DNA of 64,000 nt from IMG/VR virus record IMGVR_UViG_3300026522_000002, positions 36,575 through 100,574 of that record; one strand, given 5' to 3'. This document shows positions 49,523 through 62,300 of this stretch, one piece after another. Numbering within the stretch: position 1 is the stretch's first letter; every line of letters begins with the position of its first letter. The stretch is from a virus. Taxonomy: Duplodnaviria > Caudoviricetes. Under the pieces are notes generated by a model. The model was not told where the DNA came from, did not search any database, and saw only the letters and a program-made list of their open reading frames with translations. The position numbers and the translations under genes were made by a program.

Positions 49523-51559
49523 ATGAAAGAAATTGATTATAAACAACTTAAAAAATATTCTAATTTGCCAAAGTTTGACATAGGCACTAGACCGATTGGT
49601 AGTGGTTATTAGAGAAATGCCGATCAAACTCAAACTGGATATTTTACACAGACCGCAGAGCCAGTCACAAATGCATTTGTTCCTCGAGCGATATCTTCTG
49701 GTATACAGAATGTTGCAAGCCCATTACTATCTCTTGGTAAAAATGCAGCCAATTATATAAGTACATATAATAATACAATGCAAGAAATTGGCGCAAAATA
49801 TGGAAAATTGGCAGCGCAGCAAGTAAGTGATGAGGCTAGGAACGCGGTATATAATGAAGGTTTAAATGTTGCCAAATCTAGCGCAAAGTCTGCGGCTAGC
49901 AAAGCTCTTGGTGCTGCAAACATCGCACTCAATGCATATGGAGCAATACACGGAGGAATAGACCTTCTTAATAACTGGAATGACAGCTCTACTCTTTCTT
50001 CTGGAGACCTGTCTAATATGGCATCAAGATCTACAGAATATGTAAACGGAGTGGCGTATGATAGAATGGGAGGATATGATTCTTCTGGAGTAGATAAATA
50101 CGTCAGCGATCAAAACAAAGCGTCTAAAATCGAAGGCATTACTTCAGGTCTTGAAACTGGAGCAGGAATTGGTGGTCTTATTGGTTCTATATTTCCAGGA
50201 GCTGGTACATTGATCGGATCAGGGATTGGTGCTGTAGTTGGAGCAATTGGCGGATTATTTGGAGGAGATAGTGCAAGAAGAAAACGAGAGCGCGCTATTG
50301 CGGAGGCAAAACGTAATTATGCAAATGCAGCAGATGCGTATAATTCACAAAGTGAATCCGAGGCAGCATCTACAGGCATGCGAAACATGTATTATGCTAC
50401 ACATGCCGATAAAGGTCTGAATGCAGGAGAAGAGCCAAACGCGTTGGTAAACAACAAGGAGGTTTTAGGCACTGTTAAAAATGGGAAGGTAAAACAGGCA
50501 TTTACTGTAGATTCAAATCTTCCGGATAGATACGACGGCATTCCTGCAAATTTAGGACCAAATGATTTTGTGATAGGGCACAAGATAGGACCAGACGGAA
50601 TTGAGCTGAATGAAAAGGCTCAGATATATGAGAGAATGTTTAACAGTCACGATCCAAGATTGCAAAAGATTGGAGAAGAGGGGTTGCTTTAGACATTAAA
50701 AACTTAGAAACGTACGCCGGATAATAATCCAAACCCGTGGGATTTGTTTACGGCTGACAGAGGTAAAAATATGAAGAGATGTAATATAGGCAAATGTCTA
50801 CCAATGTTTGATAGCGGCCTTTGGAAAAGTTCTGAGCTTCCAATTGCAAACTATTTGTTAAACTATGTAGATAACAATGCTAGAAGAAAATAGATTGAAC
50901 GCGAGCCAATTTAGGTAAACGAATCTTACGCGCCAAATCCGTACGTATCACAAGCTGGAGCTCTTATGCCGACAATGGTCGACATTTCTCCAGAATTATC
51001 AGATCTGAACGATCAGGTAAGAATGGCGAATTATGCTATCAACCAGTCTGCTTATACGCCTGGTCAAAGAATGGCAATGCTGAGCCAACTTTATAATAAT
51101 TCGATCAAGAACCGATCTAAGATTATTGCAAGCAAGACCGATAGAGAAAATGCCATGAGACAGCAATACGCACAGTGGCTTAGTCAAGTAGGGGAATCTG
51201 ATGCTGCGCGCAGACAACAATCCAGAGCCGCATATAATCAGAGTAAACAACAGGCATATGCATAGAAGAGGTTGCTTCTTGATAACATTGCAAAAGATAG
51301 ACGTGTGGATCTCAACAACTTCTTCCAAAATTTAAGCAATATTTATTGGGGTAATAAAAATATAAATCTGTATCAACAAGACTTAGATCGTAAAGACAGA
51401 GAACTCTTGAAAAGCCTTAATAATAAACCCGTTGCCAAATCTACACTTGCGCACGCTATAGATTCATTAAAATTTAATCCAACTTATAAGTTATTTAATC
51501 CAACTTATAGTTTATCTGATGCGATGTTTGGTAATTATTCACCGTTTAAAATACGTTAA
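49523..51559 (+). CDS. Virion cargo (ejection) protein 1 (678 aa, recoded)
   Basis: Gly-zipper membrane segment GAGIGGLIGSIFPGAGTLIGSGIGAVVG; directly after the muzzle gene. Confidence 0.7.
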
Positions 51560-51561
51560 TT

Positions 51562-53292
51562 ATGGCATTTATGGGATATGAAACTCCTGTGGAGATGCCT
51601 TCTATGGGGATATATAATACAGACCTCATGAAGATGTACATTGCAGGAGTAAAAGACCAATATGAAAAAGGTCAAGAAGAAATGAAGGACTTTATGAAGT
51701 TGTATGGAGACTTCTATAGTCCTATCGCCGGCGATACTTAGAGATACAACGATATGACCGTTGGTGGAGCAAGGGATATGATTAATCAAATGCTCACCAA
51801 CGGCATCGATCCTTATAAGAGTCCTGAAGCTAGAGCCGCTATTAGTAGATATATCAACAGTGTTCCTACAGGTGTGCTAAATGCCATGAAGTAGAATGCA
51901 GAGAATAGAAAGAAATATGACGAAGCTGTGGCATAGGCTAGATTAGCCGGTAAGTTAGATCCGGAATATGAAACATGGGCGTTAAAACAAGCAGGTCTAG
52001 ATAATTTTAGTACAATCGGTCCTAATGGAGAAATAAGGACATGGGACAGACTTGCTCCGGAAATTGCATCAGATATGACGACAGTAGCTACTCCATATTT
52101 TGACAAATTTAAGAAAGACGAAAAGTTAAAGAGTGATATCACTGGGTATACTAAATGGGGAGTGAGCGATGAAAATCAAAAACAAGCTATAGACTCTGCT
52201 GTAGAACATCTTGGTGATACATCTTGGGGTAGATACAAAATTGCTCAAGCTAATGAACAAGCTGCTGCTATATTAGGTCCTACGAGCACTGCAGAAGAAC
52301 GTAATGCTTTAGCGAATAAACTTATAAGAGACCAAGTACATGGTGTTGCCACTTAGTATTTTCAACCAAAATATGAAGTAGATCCGTATTATAAATCAGA
52401 CTATGAGACTGCTAATAATATAAGACAGTATTGGGCTACTACTGGTTCTAATACTACTCCTGGCGGAGGCAGTCGTGTGAAAAATAACGGTACCTCTAAA
52501 GGTGGTGCGCACGGAGATTCGGGAAAATGGTCTAGATATGCGTCTATTACATATAGTACAATGGGCAACAGAGATGATTTTGCTGCAAAAAATAAAATAC
52601 CTGTATATAGCATAGCGGATAAAAAGACTGGCAAAAAACAGTATCGTTATGGAGAATGGATTACTGTTCCTGGAACTAATTAGAAAGCCTTGATGGTATA
52701 GATTGAACATGGCGGACAAGTCATTAATGGAAAACATTATAGACTTGTTACAGATGCTGAAATTCAAAAACACATGTTCACACAAGAAATTGCTAAGAAT
52801 AAGGCCAACAACAAACCAACTTCTTCTTGGGATCTTTGGAACACTCAAGCAGTTAAGACGGGAAATGACGAAGATCTTACACAAATAACATATACTCCAT
52901 CTACTGCAAAATATTTATACGACGTGAGCGATGTGATGGCTTAGGCAATTGGTTCTGGAGCAAAGGCCACTGGACGTACTCATGGTTTACGAGACTATGC
53001 TAAAAAGATGCACAAGGTTAAAGCTGCCGATGGAACCGAAATGGAAGCGCCTACTACAATATACGATACCCACGAAGCCGCGGATATAGAACTTAAGAAC
53101 GGTCATACTGGTAAGTATACAAGAGTGGTAGTAGATTTTGGGCGCGGTCCTGTTGAAATGTTATATAAGCTCGGAGAATATGATGAAAACGGACACATGG
53201 TTTCGTCATGGGCTACTAGAATGTCAGAAAACGACAGAATTATGTCAGAAGAAACTGTTGGCGCTTCTGATGCTGTAGAAATATACAACTAA
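51562..53292 (+). CDS. Virion cargo (ejection) protein 2 (576 aa, recoded)
   Basis: One frame from ATG 51562 to TAA 53292 through TAGs. Confidence 0.7.
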
Positions 53293-53307
53293 TAACACGT
53301 TATACAT

Positions 53308-56300
53308 ATGATACAAAATCATGATGATGTGTATAAATACGCTGCGGAAAGAGGTAGAATCAGAAAACAAATATCTATCGCTGCTGCGCAAGATGAAAGG
53401 CGCAGATAGTACAACGCGTATATACAGGAAATGAAAAAATAGGAGGCGAGCAGTCGTGTCGAGACACCTGCAGTAGAAACTCCAACTACTGTAAAGGCTG
53501 ATACACTTCTTCCAAAGAATACCAGTAGCTCTGAGCCCGTCGCCGAAACACAGACACGAAATAACAAACCCGTAGAAAAGAAATCTACGGATAAAAAAAT
53601 AGACAACAAGGGTAAACAACAGCCTAAAAAGAATATATAGGACGAGATATCCAAATGGGCTCCTTCTTGGCACGTTCCAACAACTCAGGACTATTCTAAA
53701 TTTGCGGAGGAGAATAGAAAACAAATGTATCTCGACTATCATAATCTTGTACCTCTTGCGGAAGGCCCTACTACAAATGTAACTAGTAAGGCTATGTAGG
53801 ATCGAGCCGTTGCCGAAGAAAAGCGCCTTTTGGATTCTGATTATACAAAACGTAAAAGACTTCTTGAACAACAGAGGAGAGACGCTGTAAATAGTCAAGC
53901 AGCAAACGCTAGTAATCCATCTGTAGCAGAACAATATAGTAGGGAAGCGGATAGAATAACTCAAAAGCTTGAAACACTCGATCAAGAATATCTTGCTGCT
54001 AATGAGAGATTGGCATCTGGTATAGACCGTGGTACAATCGCAATGAAGTCTTGGCAAAAGCTTTCAGATTCTTTGACAAGAGATTTATACGCACAGCTCA
54101 ATACACAACGTGCACAATATAATCAGCTAGACAAAAATCCGAATGCAGATAGTGCGTCAAAACAAAAATTACAAGAGCAAAATGATAGGCTTGTAAAAAA
54201 GATAAACGCGTTGGAGAGCAAAGCTGGTCTATTAGATAAATGGATTCGTAAGAATGGTATTCCAAAAGATTTGAATCAACTTCCTCAAGAATTAAGAGGA
54301 ATGGCTGAGCAAATTGTACGAAACGGCGGCACTCTCGATACAGGTTTTAGAACTCCACAACAAGTCAAAGAAGAAGGGGAAAAGGTACGAAAAAGCGCAT
54401 TTGATCAAAAAGGTAGTACTGTAGAGACTAATGTTAATAGCGATCTAATGGTGGATTATAGAGATAAGCTTATTGCTCAAGCCAGAATGATCGAAGATAA
54501 ACACGGCATTAGTCGAGCTTATGCAGACTTTGAAAATACAGATTCTAATGACGGCGTTACAGGACGTTTGCTTCATGCTGTAAGATCTACTCCTCTTGGG
54601 TGGCTTAACACAGGTGCTTATCAACTTCGCCTAGGTGAAGATAGAGAACAATATAATCAAATAATAGAAGCTATACATTCTATCGACAAAGCTCTCAAGT
54701 ATAAAGACATTAACGATTCGTTCTACAAAACATCAGACTCCAATAGATATTGGAATAAAAATGAAGCCGCAAACGTAGTCAGATCTTTTTGGAACACTGC
54801 TACAGACACCTCTATTTGGGACTTCGGTGCACAAGATTTTAGTAAGTCCATGTTAGTAAATGGTATCAGAGAAGCTCAAGATAGAGGCGATAGATTTACA
54901 GTTGCTCAAAGAGACATGCTTAACGCTATGGCTATTGATGCCGTAATGCACGATAAGTATAGCGAATATGAAGATGCGTGGGGTGTTAGAGCCGGTTCCA
55001 CTGTTGGGCAATCTCTACCTTTTATACTTGACATGCTTATTGGAAGTCATGGTCTTGCAGCCGCTGCCAGAGTTGGAGAAAAGACAGCTGTCGCCAAAGT
55101 AGCCAAATTCTTGATAGGTGAGACGGGTAAAGCAATGCAGAGACAAGCTTTGCGCGAAGCTATAGAACAGTACGGCGTACGTGGTGTAGAAGCAGCAATG
55201 GCCCGTAATATAAAGCAAATTCCAGGCCTTCTTACAAGACTTAGCGGTGATGCCACATATGCGCTCCTACTTGCAAATACCGTACAAGGCGCCAAAACGG
55301 CATCGGATGTTCTTAATCTACACAACGGTCTTGTAGACTATAAGATCAACGAAGACGGCAGTATTACAGGTACCGGCCTTAAACAAGGTCTTGAGTGGGG
55401 AGAAGCTGTGCGTCAAGCAGAAACTAGGGCTTGGATTGAAAACTTCTCAGAAGCACTTGGAGAGTATGACATATTTACAAATATGTTTAAACCTCTTACA
55501 AGAAAATTAGCTAAAGCCAATTATGCTCTTAAGACCGGAAAACAACTTAGCGATATAGCAGGAATTGATGTTGTAGCGAAGAATATTTTGCGCGGAGGTA
55601 AAGCTGTTAAAGAAGGATTTGACGCAATAAACAAATATAATCCGTTTGCAGGCGGTAAGATGCGTGACTTTTTACATGCTGCTAGATATCACGGTGTTAT
55701 AGGTGAATCTCTTGAAGAGTACTATGGTATGGCATTAGAACACGCTATGGGCGTAAGCGATTCTGGTAAATCTTTTTGGGAAGATCTTGTTAGTGAAGAT
55801 AACTTCTGGGATATTGTAGGTGGTATAGCGCTATCTCAAGCGTTTTTAGGTTCTGCTGGTGGTATTAACGTACTTTCGTCTAGAAATAGATATAAGTATG
55901 CACAAAGCAGAGCGGCTAAGTAGTTTGGAGATAGCTGGAAGCCAATGGAAGATGCTATTATAAACGCATCTAGCGAGAATGTGGCAAGAGTTGTCAATTC
56001 CATGGCAGCAGCTACAAAATCTATAGAAGACAAGCAAGCGTTATTTGATTACTATACCGAACTGATGTCCTATCGTGGAGCGTCATATGCCGAACAACAA
56101 GCACAAGATGCACGTAATAGTTCTAATCATGCTAAAGCCATAAGAGATTCCTATGAGACTGGTTATATGGTTAGTACTCAGAACGCACGTAATGACATGG
56201 ATCGTGCAATCGAAGGTGTAAGACAAAACCTTAATCAGGCATTCGGGGTTGAAGACATAGATCAAGCTATCGAAGATAATGGTGGAGTTGATGAACTTGC

Positions 56301-59300
56301 TTCCAGACTCGACGACAATCAACTTAGAAACGTACTTGTTGCTTACGATAACATGCTGGCTACAAGGGATGGTATGACACAGCGTCAAAACGACGACCTT
56401 GATATTATGCTTCAACAAGCAACAGATGATGTAATGCATTTGCGTTATCGCGACGGTAGCAATAAAATCGTAGCTGCTCAACTTAAGAACGGCCGGACAG
56501 TATTTATCACAAACGGTTTACACGACGATTATCAAAGCGGTAAAATTCTTGCTACAGGATTTGATGGACAACGATTTGAATTGGATCGCGATCAGATTGC
56601 TGAAGACGAAAAAGGTAGAGAAATCATAGATGAATATGATGTACAAAGCTTCATAAATAGTCAGCAGCAAAAGATCCTCGAAGACTATCTGATTACAGAC
56701 GAAAACAGAAACCAGCGTAATCCAGAAGTTAAAACAGGTACTGTAGTACGTTTACAAGATGGTGGAATACTTACTGTGTTAGGTACAGCTAGAGATGGTG
56801 GAGTGTTGTATTCTATTAGAGAATATAACAACGATAAGCAAACAAGTGTAAAAGAAACAACGCTTAAAGCCGAATCTACTGCACAGATGGCAGAGATTAT
56901 TAGAGACGCTAATGCAGATAGATAGAACGCCATTGCTATTAAATTCATCGAAAACGCTGCTAAAGAAAATAGCAAACAACAATCTATTCCTGCAGAACAA
57001 CCTGTTGTAGACGATCAAGTTGCTCAAGAACTTGCAGATCAAATGAATCTCCGCGTAGAAGAGGCTCTGCGTAAACCTACGGATTTTATTCCATCCGGTC
57101 GTAGAGGAACTAGCGAGGCTAATGATGGCGGATTTATTCCAAATAGAGGAAATGCACAGAAGACGTATAACAACGCAGTAAATGCAGTAAAACACGCTTC
57201 TACTGCTAAAGACTACACAGAGTTTACACAAAAACTTGAACAAGCTGGTTTTGCTGTGCCATTCCAATACGGCGGTAGACTACAAACTTTGTATAAAGCA
57301 TATCAAGCTGGACAAATAAGCGATAAAGAGCTTGCGTTAGTCTTTGTTCCTAATGAAGAACGTAAGAATGTAGCAGGTAAAAAGCTTGCAAAACGTTTCG
57401 AAAATCTTGAATTTGACTCTGAGGGTAACATAATATCGTCTAGAAGGCCTAAAACGGCCCCAAATAAGCCCGTAGAGAGCACTTCTCCAGCAGAGCCTGC
57501 AGTTGTGCCACCTGCTGAAAAAAATACCATCAGCAGGGCTGATTTGGACGAGTCTGACACAATGACCAAATTCGTAGCAGATTGGATTGATCAAGATCCT
57601 AATGGTGGACAAGCCACTGTTGTTTCTTCTGATGGAAAAACAGCCACCGTTGAGTATTATACGAGAGATATCAATAATGAAAAAACAAAACGTACTGCTA
57701 CTGTAAGACTTAAACAGCATTCGGACGATACTATTACTCCGGAAGGGCCTACAGAACCTCCTGTAGAAGAAAAACAACCCAAAAAGCAGTATATAAAACC
57801 CACAACAACGATTACAGCTAAACCTGCTCCAGAATCAACTAATGCGGGAACCGTAGAAGCTGTAGATCAAGTATTGCAAGACAATCCACAGCAGGCTGCT
57901 ATAGATGCCATCATGAGTAAAATTGCAGCAGATAAAGCGGCTGTGAAAATAGACTTGCGTACTGGGCATGATTACTTTATTGAGGTTGGTGGCAAATTGG
58001 TGATGTACCCTCGTGTACACAGCATACTTGACCCACAATACCCAGATAGATCTACAAAGGTAAATAATAAACAGACGTTCTTAAATCAACTTCGTGCTGC
58101 CAGAAAAAATACAGAAGAGTGGAATAAACTTGCAGAAAAATTAGCAAAAGATCACAACAATCGTTGGCCAAATGAGGAGCCAGTTGATGTTTCTACATAC
58201 ATTAAATATGCTAAAGACAATCCTAATGAGATTGACGCAGTAGAAGAAGCTATAGCGGATTTATGTAGCAACGAAGATACGCATGTATCTGTTAAGTATG
58301 GTAATATTATCGATAGATTGTGCAGGGATTTCTTTGGAAACAGATTGATGGGATATTGGCAATATAAAGACGTAATGGATGAGAAGTTGTATTACAAAAT
58401 ACTACAACAATTAGACTCAATAAGACAAATTTATATTGCTAGAGGATGGAAACTTATAACAGAACCTGTATATTTGCATTCTGAGTTACAAGATGCACAA
58501 GGTAATATTGTGAGAGTTGCTGGAGAAACTGATATGATAGCAGTCGATAAAGACGGTAATTATCACATCATAGACTTCAAAACGGCATATAGAAAATTCG
58601 TACCAGAGATACTTGGAAGCGATAACAAAAAATATACATACGATCGTTTTTCTGAAGCGTTTCCTACAATTGAAAGCATGTCTGTTGAACCTAGAACAGC
58701 AAAGCGTACATATAGGCAGCAATATTCCAACCAGCTTACAATGTACAGTGTTATGGCTGAAGACAACTTAGACAGAAGTATTAAGTCGATATCGTTATTA
58801 CCATGGCACTTGTCTTACGAATTAGACCCTTCTACAGTTTGGCTCAAAGATGCTACTAATTTCGAATCTGTAGTAAATCAAGAAGGTACTGATTATATAA
58901 GAGATGGCGAGAACACTCCTATTTAGAAACCTGTGCTTCTAGAATTGGATAAAACGTCTGATGTGCTTAACAGATTTACACCTCCAACTCAAGCTGAACC
59001 AGAAAAGACCGAAGCTGCAAATACTGTTGCATAGGGCGAAATAAGCGCTATGAGCGACGTTCTTGCAGAGGAGGCTGATTCTATCACGGACGACATTAAA
59101 AACGCAGCAGCGGGGCTTGTAGAGGCCCAAGATGCTGTAGTAGAAGGTGCTTAGAATACCGGAGATGCAAAAGCTCATGAAAATGCGCAAAAACAGTCTG
59201 AATAGAACGCTGCAGCAGCCCAAGAATTGCAACAAATCGCAGAACAATAGGCTACAGAAGCTGCGCAAGCAGAATTGAACGCAAAAGATGCTGAGACAAA

Positions 59301-62300
59301 AGCAGAACAACAAAAGCAAGAAGTTGTACAAGATTGGACTCAACATACTACTACTCATACACACACGCTTGACAATTCTATAGGCATCGAAGAAGCTACC
59401 GCCATAGACGATGCTTCGAAGAAACTTAAGTATGTTACAGGAGAACCTGATTTTGTAGCTAATTCAAGATTCATATTCGGTGTTACAAATATAAATGGGC
59501 AAGAAAAACTTACAGTATAGGTTGTATACAAAGGCGTTACATACCAACCTGTTACAATTAGCACAGCAAACAATCCTCTCGGTAGAAAATTTTATGGTAA
59601 AGTAAGGCGTGCATTAAGGTAGGCAAATTCAAAATAGGTTGTAGTGGCAACATCTGTAAAAAGAACTAGCGGTAGAATGCATGCCGGTACCGCGCATTTG
59701 ATGACGGAAGCAGCTCCTGGACAAAAAGCATTAGTGTCTACCAAACGTGGCGAAGGAGAAGTATATTTATATGATGTACAACTTGGTCCACAATTCGGCC
59801 GTGTTACAGAGCAAGGTAATATGTACAGTGTCGTTGTTCCTGGAGTAAACGGTGGTGTGTACATGTTCAACAACAATATAGAAGGTCTTGCTGGCACATA
59901 CGCAATGGTGCTAAACAGACACTTCTCGGAGAATGAAAAACAAGCTGTACCTATCAATATGCGCCATGCTAAAATGACCGAAGGAGACGCGGATCTTATT
60001 ATAGATATTCTCAACGGTAAACATTCTGCAGACGGTTCTAAGATGCAAGCTGCTTTATCGAAACATTTTATAGATGGCAATGTAGATTATGGAATGACCA
60101 ATCTGTAGGTACTTAACTTACTTATACAGGTAGGTCAACCAAAAGGAGCCCCTAGATTACATCTTGAGTTCGATACAATGAGCCCAGATGTAATACGTAT
60201 AGTAGGTAAAGTAGAAGGTAGTGATATTACAGATAGATAGTTCTATTTGAATTCTGATACTGGCAGAGCGGCACTTAAGCAGTTCCTTACCTAGAGTGTA
60301 ACCAAGCAGCTGAGCGACACTGTAATGTAGCACAGACTTGGTAAAAATACTACGTCTGCAACACAACCTTTCCACGGCATACTAAATTTTGTAAGAACTG
60401 CAAGCGGTCAACAGATGCTGCAACAGAAAGGCCAAATCCAATTTGGTAAGAGTAGTATCATATTCGATCTCGCAGATTTCAAAGATCCAGAGAATCCAAA
60501 CGACAAGCTTGGTCTTACAGGTTTGGGATGGTACATGAAGAGAGGATTTATAGAGACGTTGTTTGATGGTATTGACGACACGTTGCTTGATTTCGACAAT
60601 ACTGCAGACGTACGTATTGAAGATGATAATCTTCCACCAGCCCCACCAGTACAACAAGTAGTCAATAATCCTGTTGAAACAGGTGTTGTAGAGGCAACTT
60701 CTGAAATGCAAGTTGATCAACTTCCTGACATATTTGATTATGACCAGAATGATTGGGATGTAGAAGGATTTGATAAGCGCATATCAAGACGCGAAAAGAC
60801 TAACGGAACAATAAAAGAAGACGAAGCTAGAAAGAATCTTGAAAAAATCTTTGGTGAAAATGGTGTAAAAGTAGAATTTGTAGACAACGTGATTGCCATG
60901 ATGCGCCGTGGGGCCAGAGTTGTTGGTAGATGTTACGCAGACTCTATTATACTTTCTAGAAGAGCTGACGCTGGTGTAGAATATCACGAAGCATTCCACA
61001 GAGTTGTAGAACTGTTGCTTACAGAAAAACAGAGGGCTAAAGTATATGCTGCATTTAGAAATGCTAAGAAAGGTAGAAAAAATCTGACAGACAGATAGAT
61101 TGCAGAAGCTCTTGCTGATAATTTCATGTACTTTATGCAAAACAGACCTGCATTTAAGTTTACATTCAATCTAAAAAAGATGTTTACGCAGATCTCTGAT
61201 TGGGTTAAAATGCTACATGATATCGGCAGCTTCAGACTTACATACTTGTATCTTGTCACAGCTAATGGCAGATTTAGAAACGTACAACCAACTGCAGAAG
61301 CGCAAGCTAGATTTAAAGCATTTGCTAAACACGGGCTTAACTTTACAAAACGCGGCACTGATTTACAACACACGTTAAACGAGCACCATTATCGTACCCT
61401 TGTAAAGAGTCTTACATACTTGTTCATGAATCCAGCCACACAAAAGATAGAGTGGACTGGTGCAAACATATCTGAGCTCAAAATAGACAAAGAAACAGCT
61501 ATGAAGTCTCAGATATGGAAACAATGGATGGAGCCTATGGGTATGAAAGACGGCAAACCTGTTTATAGAGTACCATATGAGACCAGAGCTGCTTTACAAG
61601 AGATAATGGACAATTGGGATGCGGTACAACCAGATGTAGCATCTAAGATTGCCCAGTTCTCTACAGACTTCAAGGTTAAGTATGAGGATGCAAATCATAC
61701 GCAATTAGATACTGCTGTGCCAGATGTACAAAACGAACTAGATGCAGAAGGTAATCTAAATGACGATGATCCTGCAAGTGCTGGAGCAGAAGCTACAGAT
61801 GGACATATTAAGGCTTCGTATGAGTTTAATCCATTCAGTAGAGCTAGTGAGAAAGTCAAGTTCTTCTTTGCGGGTATTCCAGATTATACATTTGATGCAA
61901 ATGGGAGAAAGCGTCCAGTGCTGAATGAATGTGGATTACCACAACTTATGTCTGCAACACAAGTATATGCAAGAATGCTCAACGATATGCATACCATTAA
62001 GGACGTAAATGAACTTCGTAGAGAACTTGCAAGACTTGGACAAAACGATTACATGTACGCTACTATTTCTAGACGTTTTGAACAATTGTATCAAGCTATT
62101 ATACCGGAAAAGGGCAAAGAAGTTGATTATGACGCAGAACAGCTTATAGCGCAAATCACTCAAACTGTAAGACAGAATAAAAACGTGTTTGAAATTGCTA
62201 AGACCCGTAAAACAGATGAGGGATTTACAGTAGATATTATACCTTCCGACGCTGGTTATACTGCACGTAAATTTACAGAAGATTGGTCACAACAATTTGC

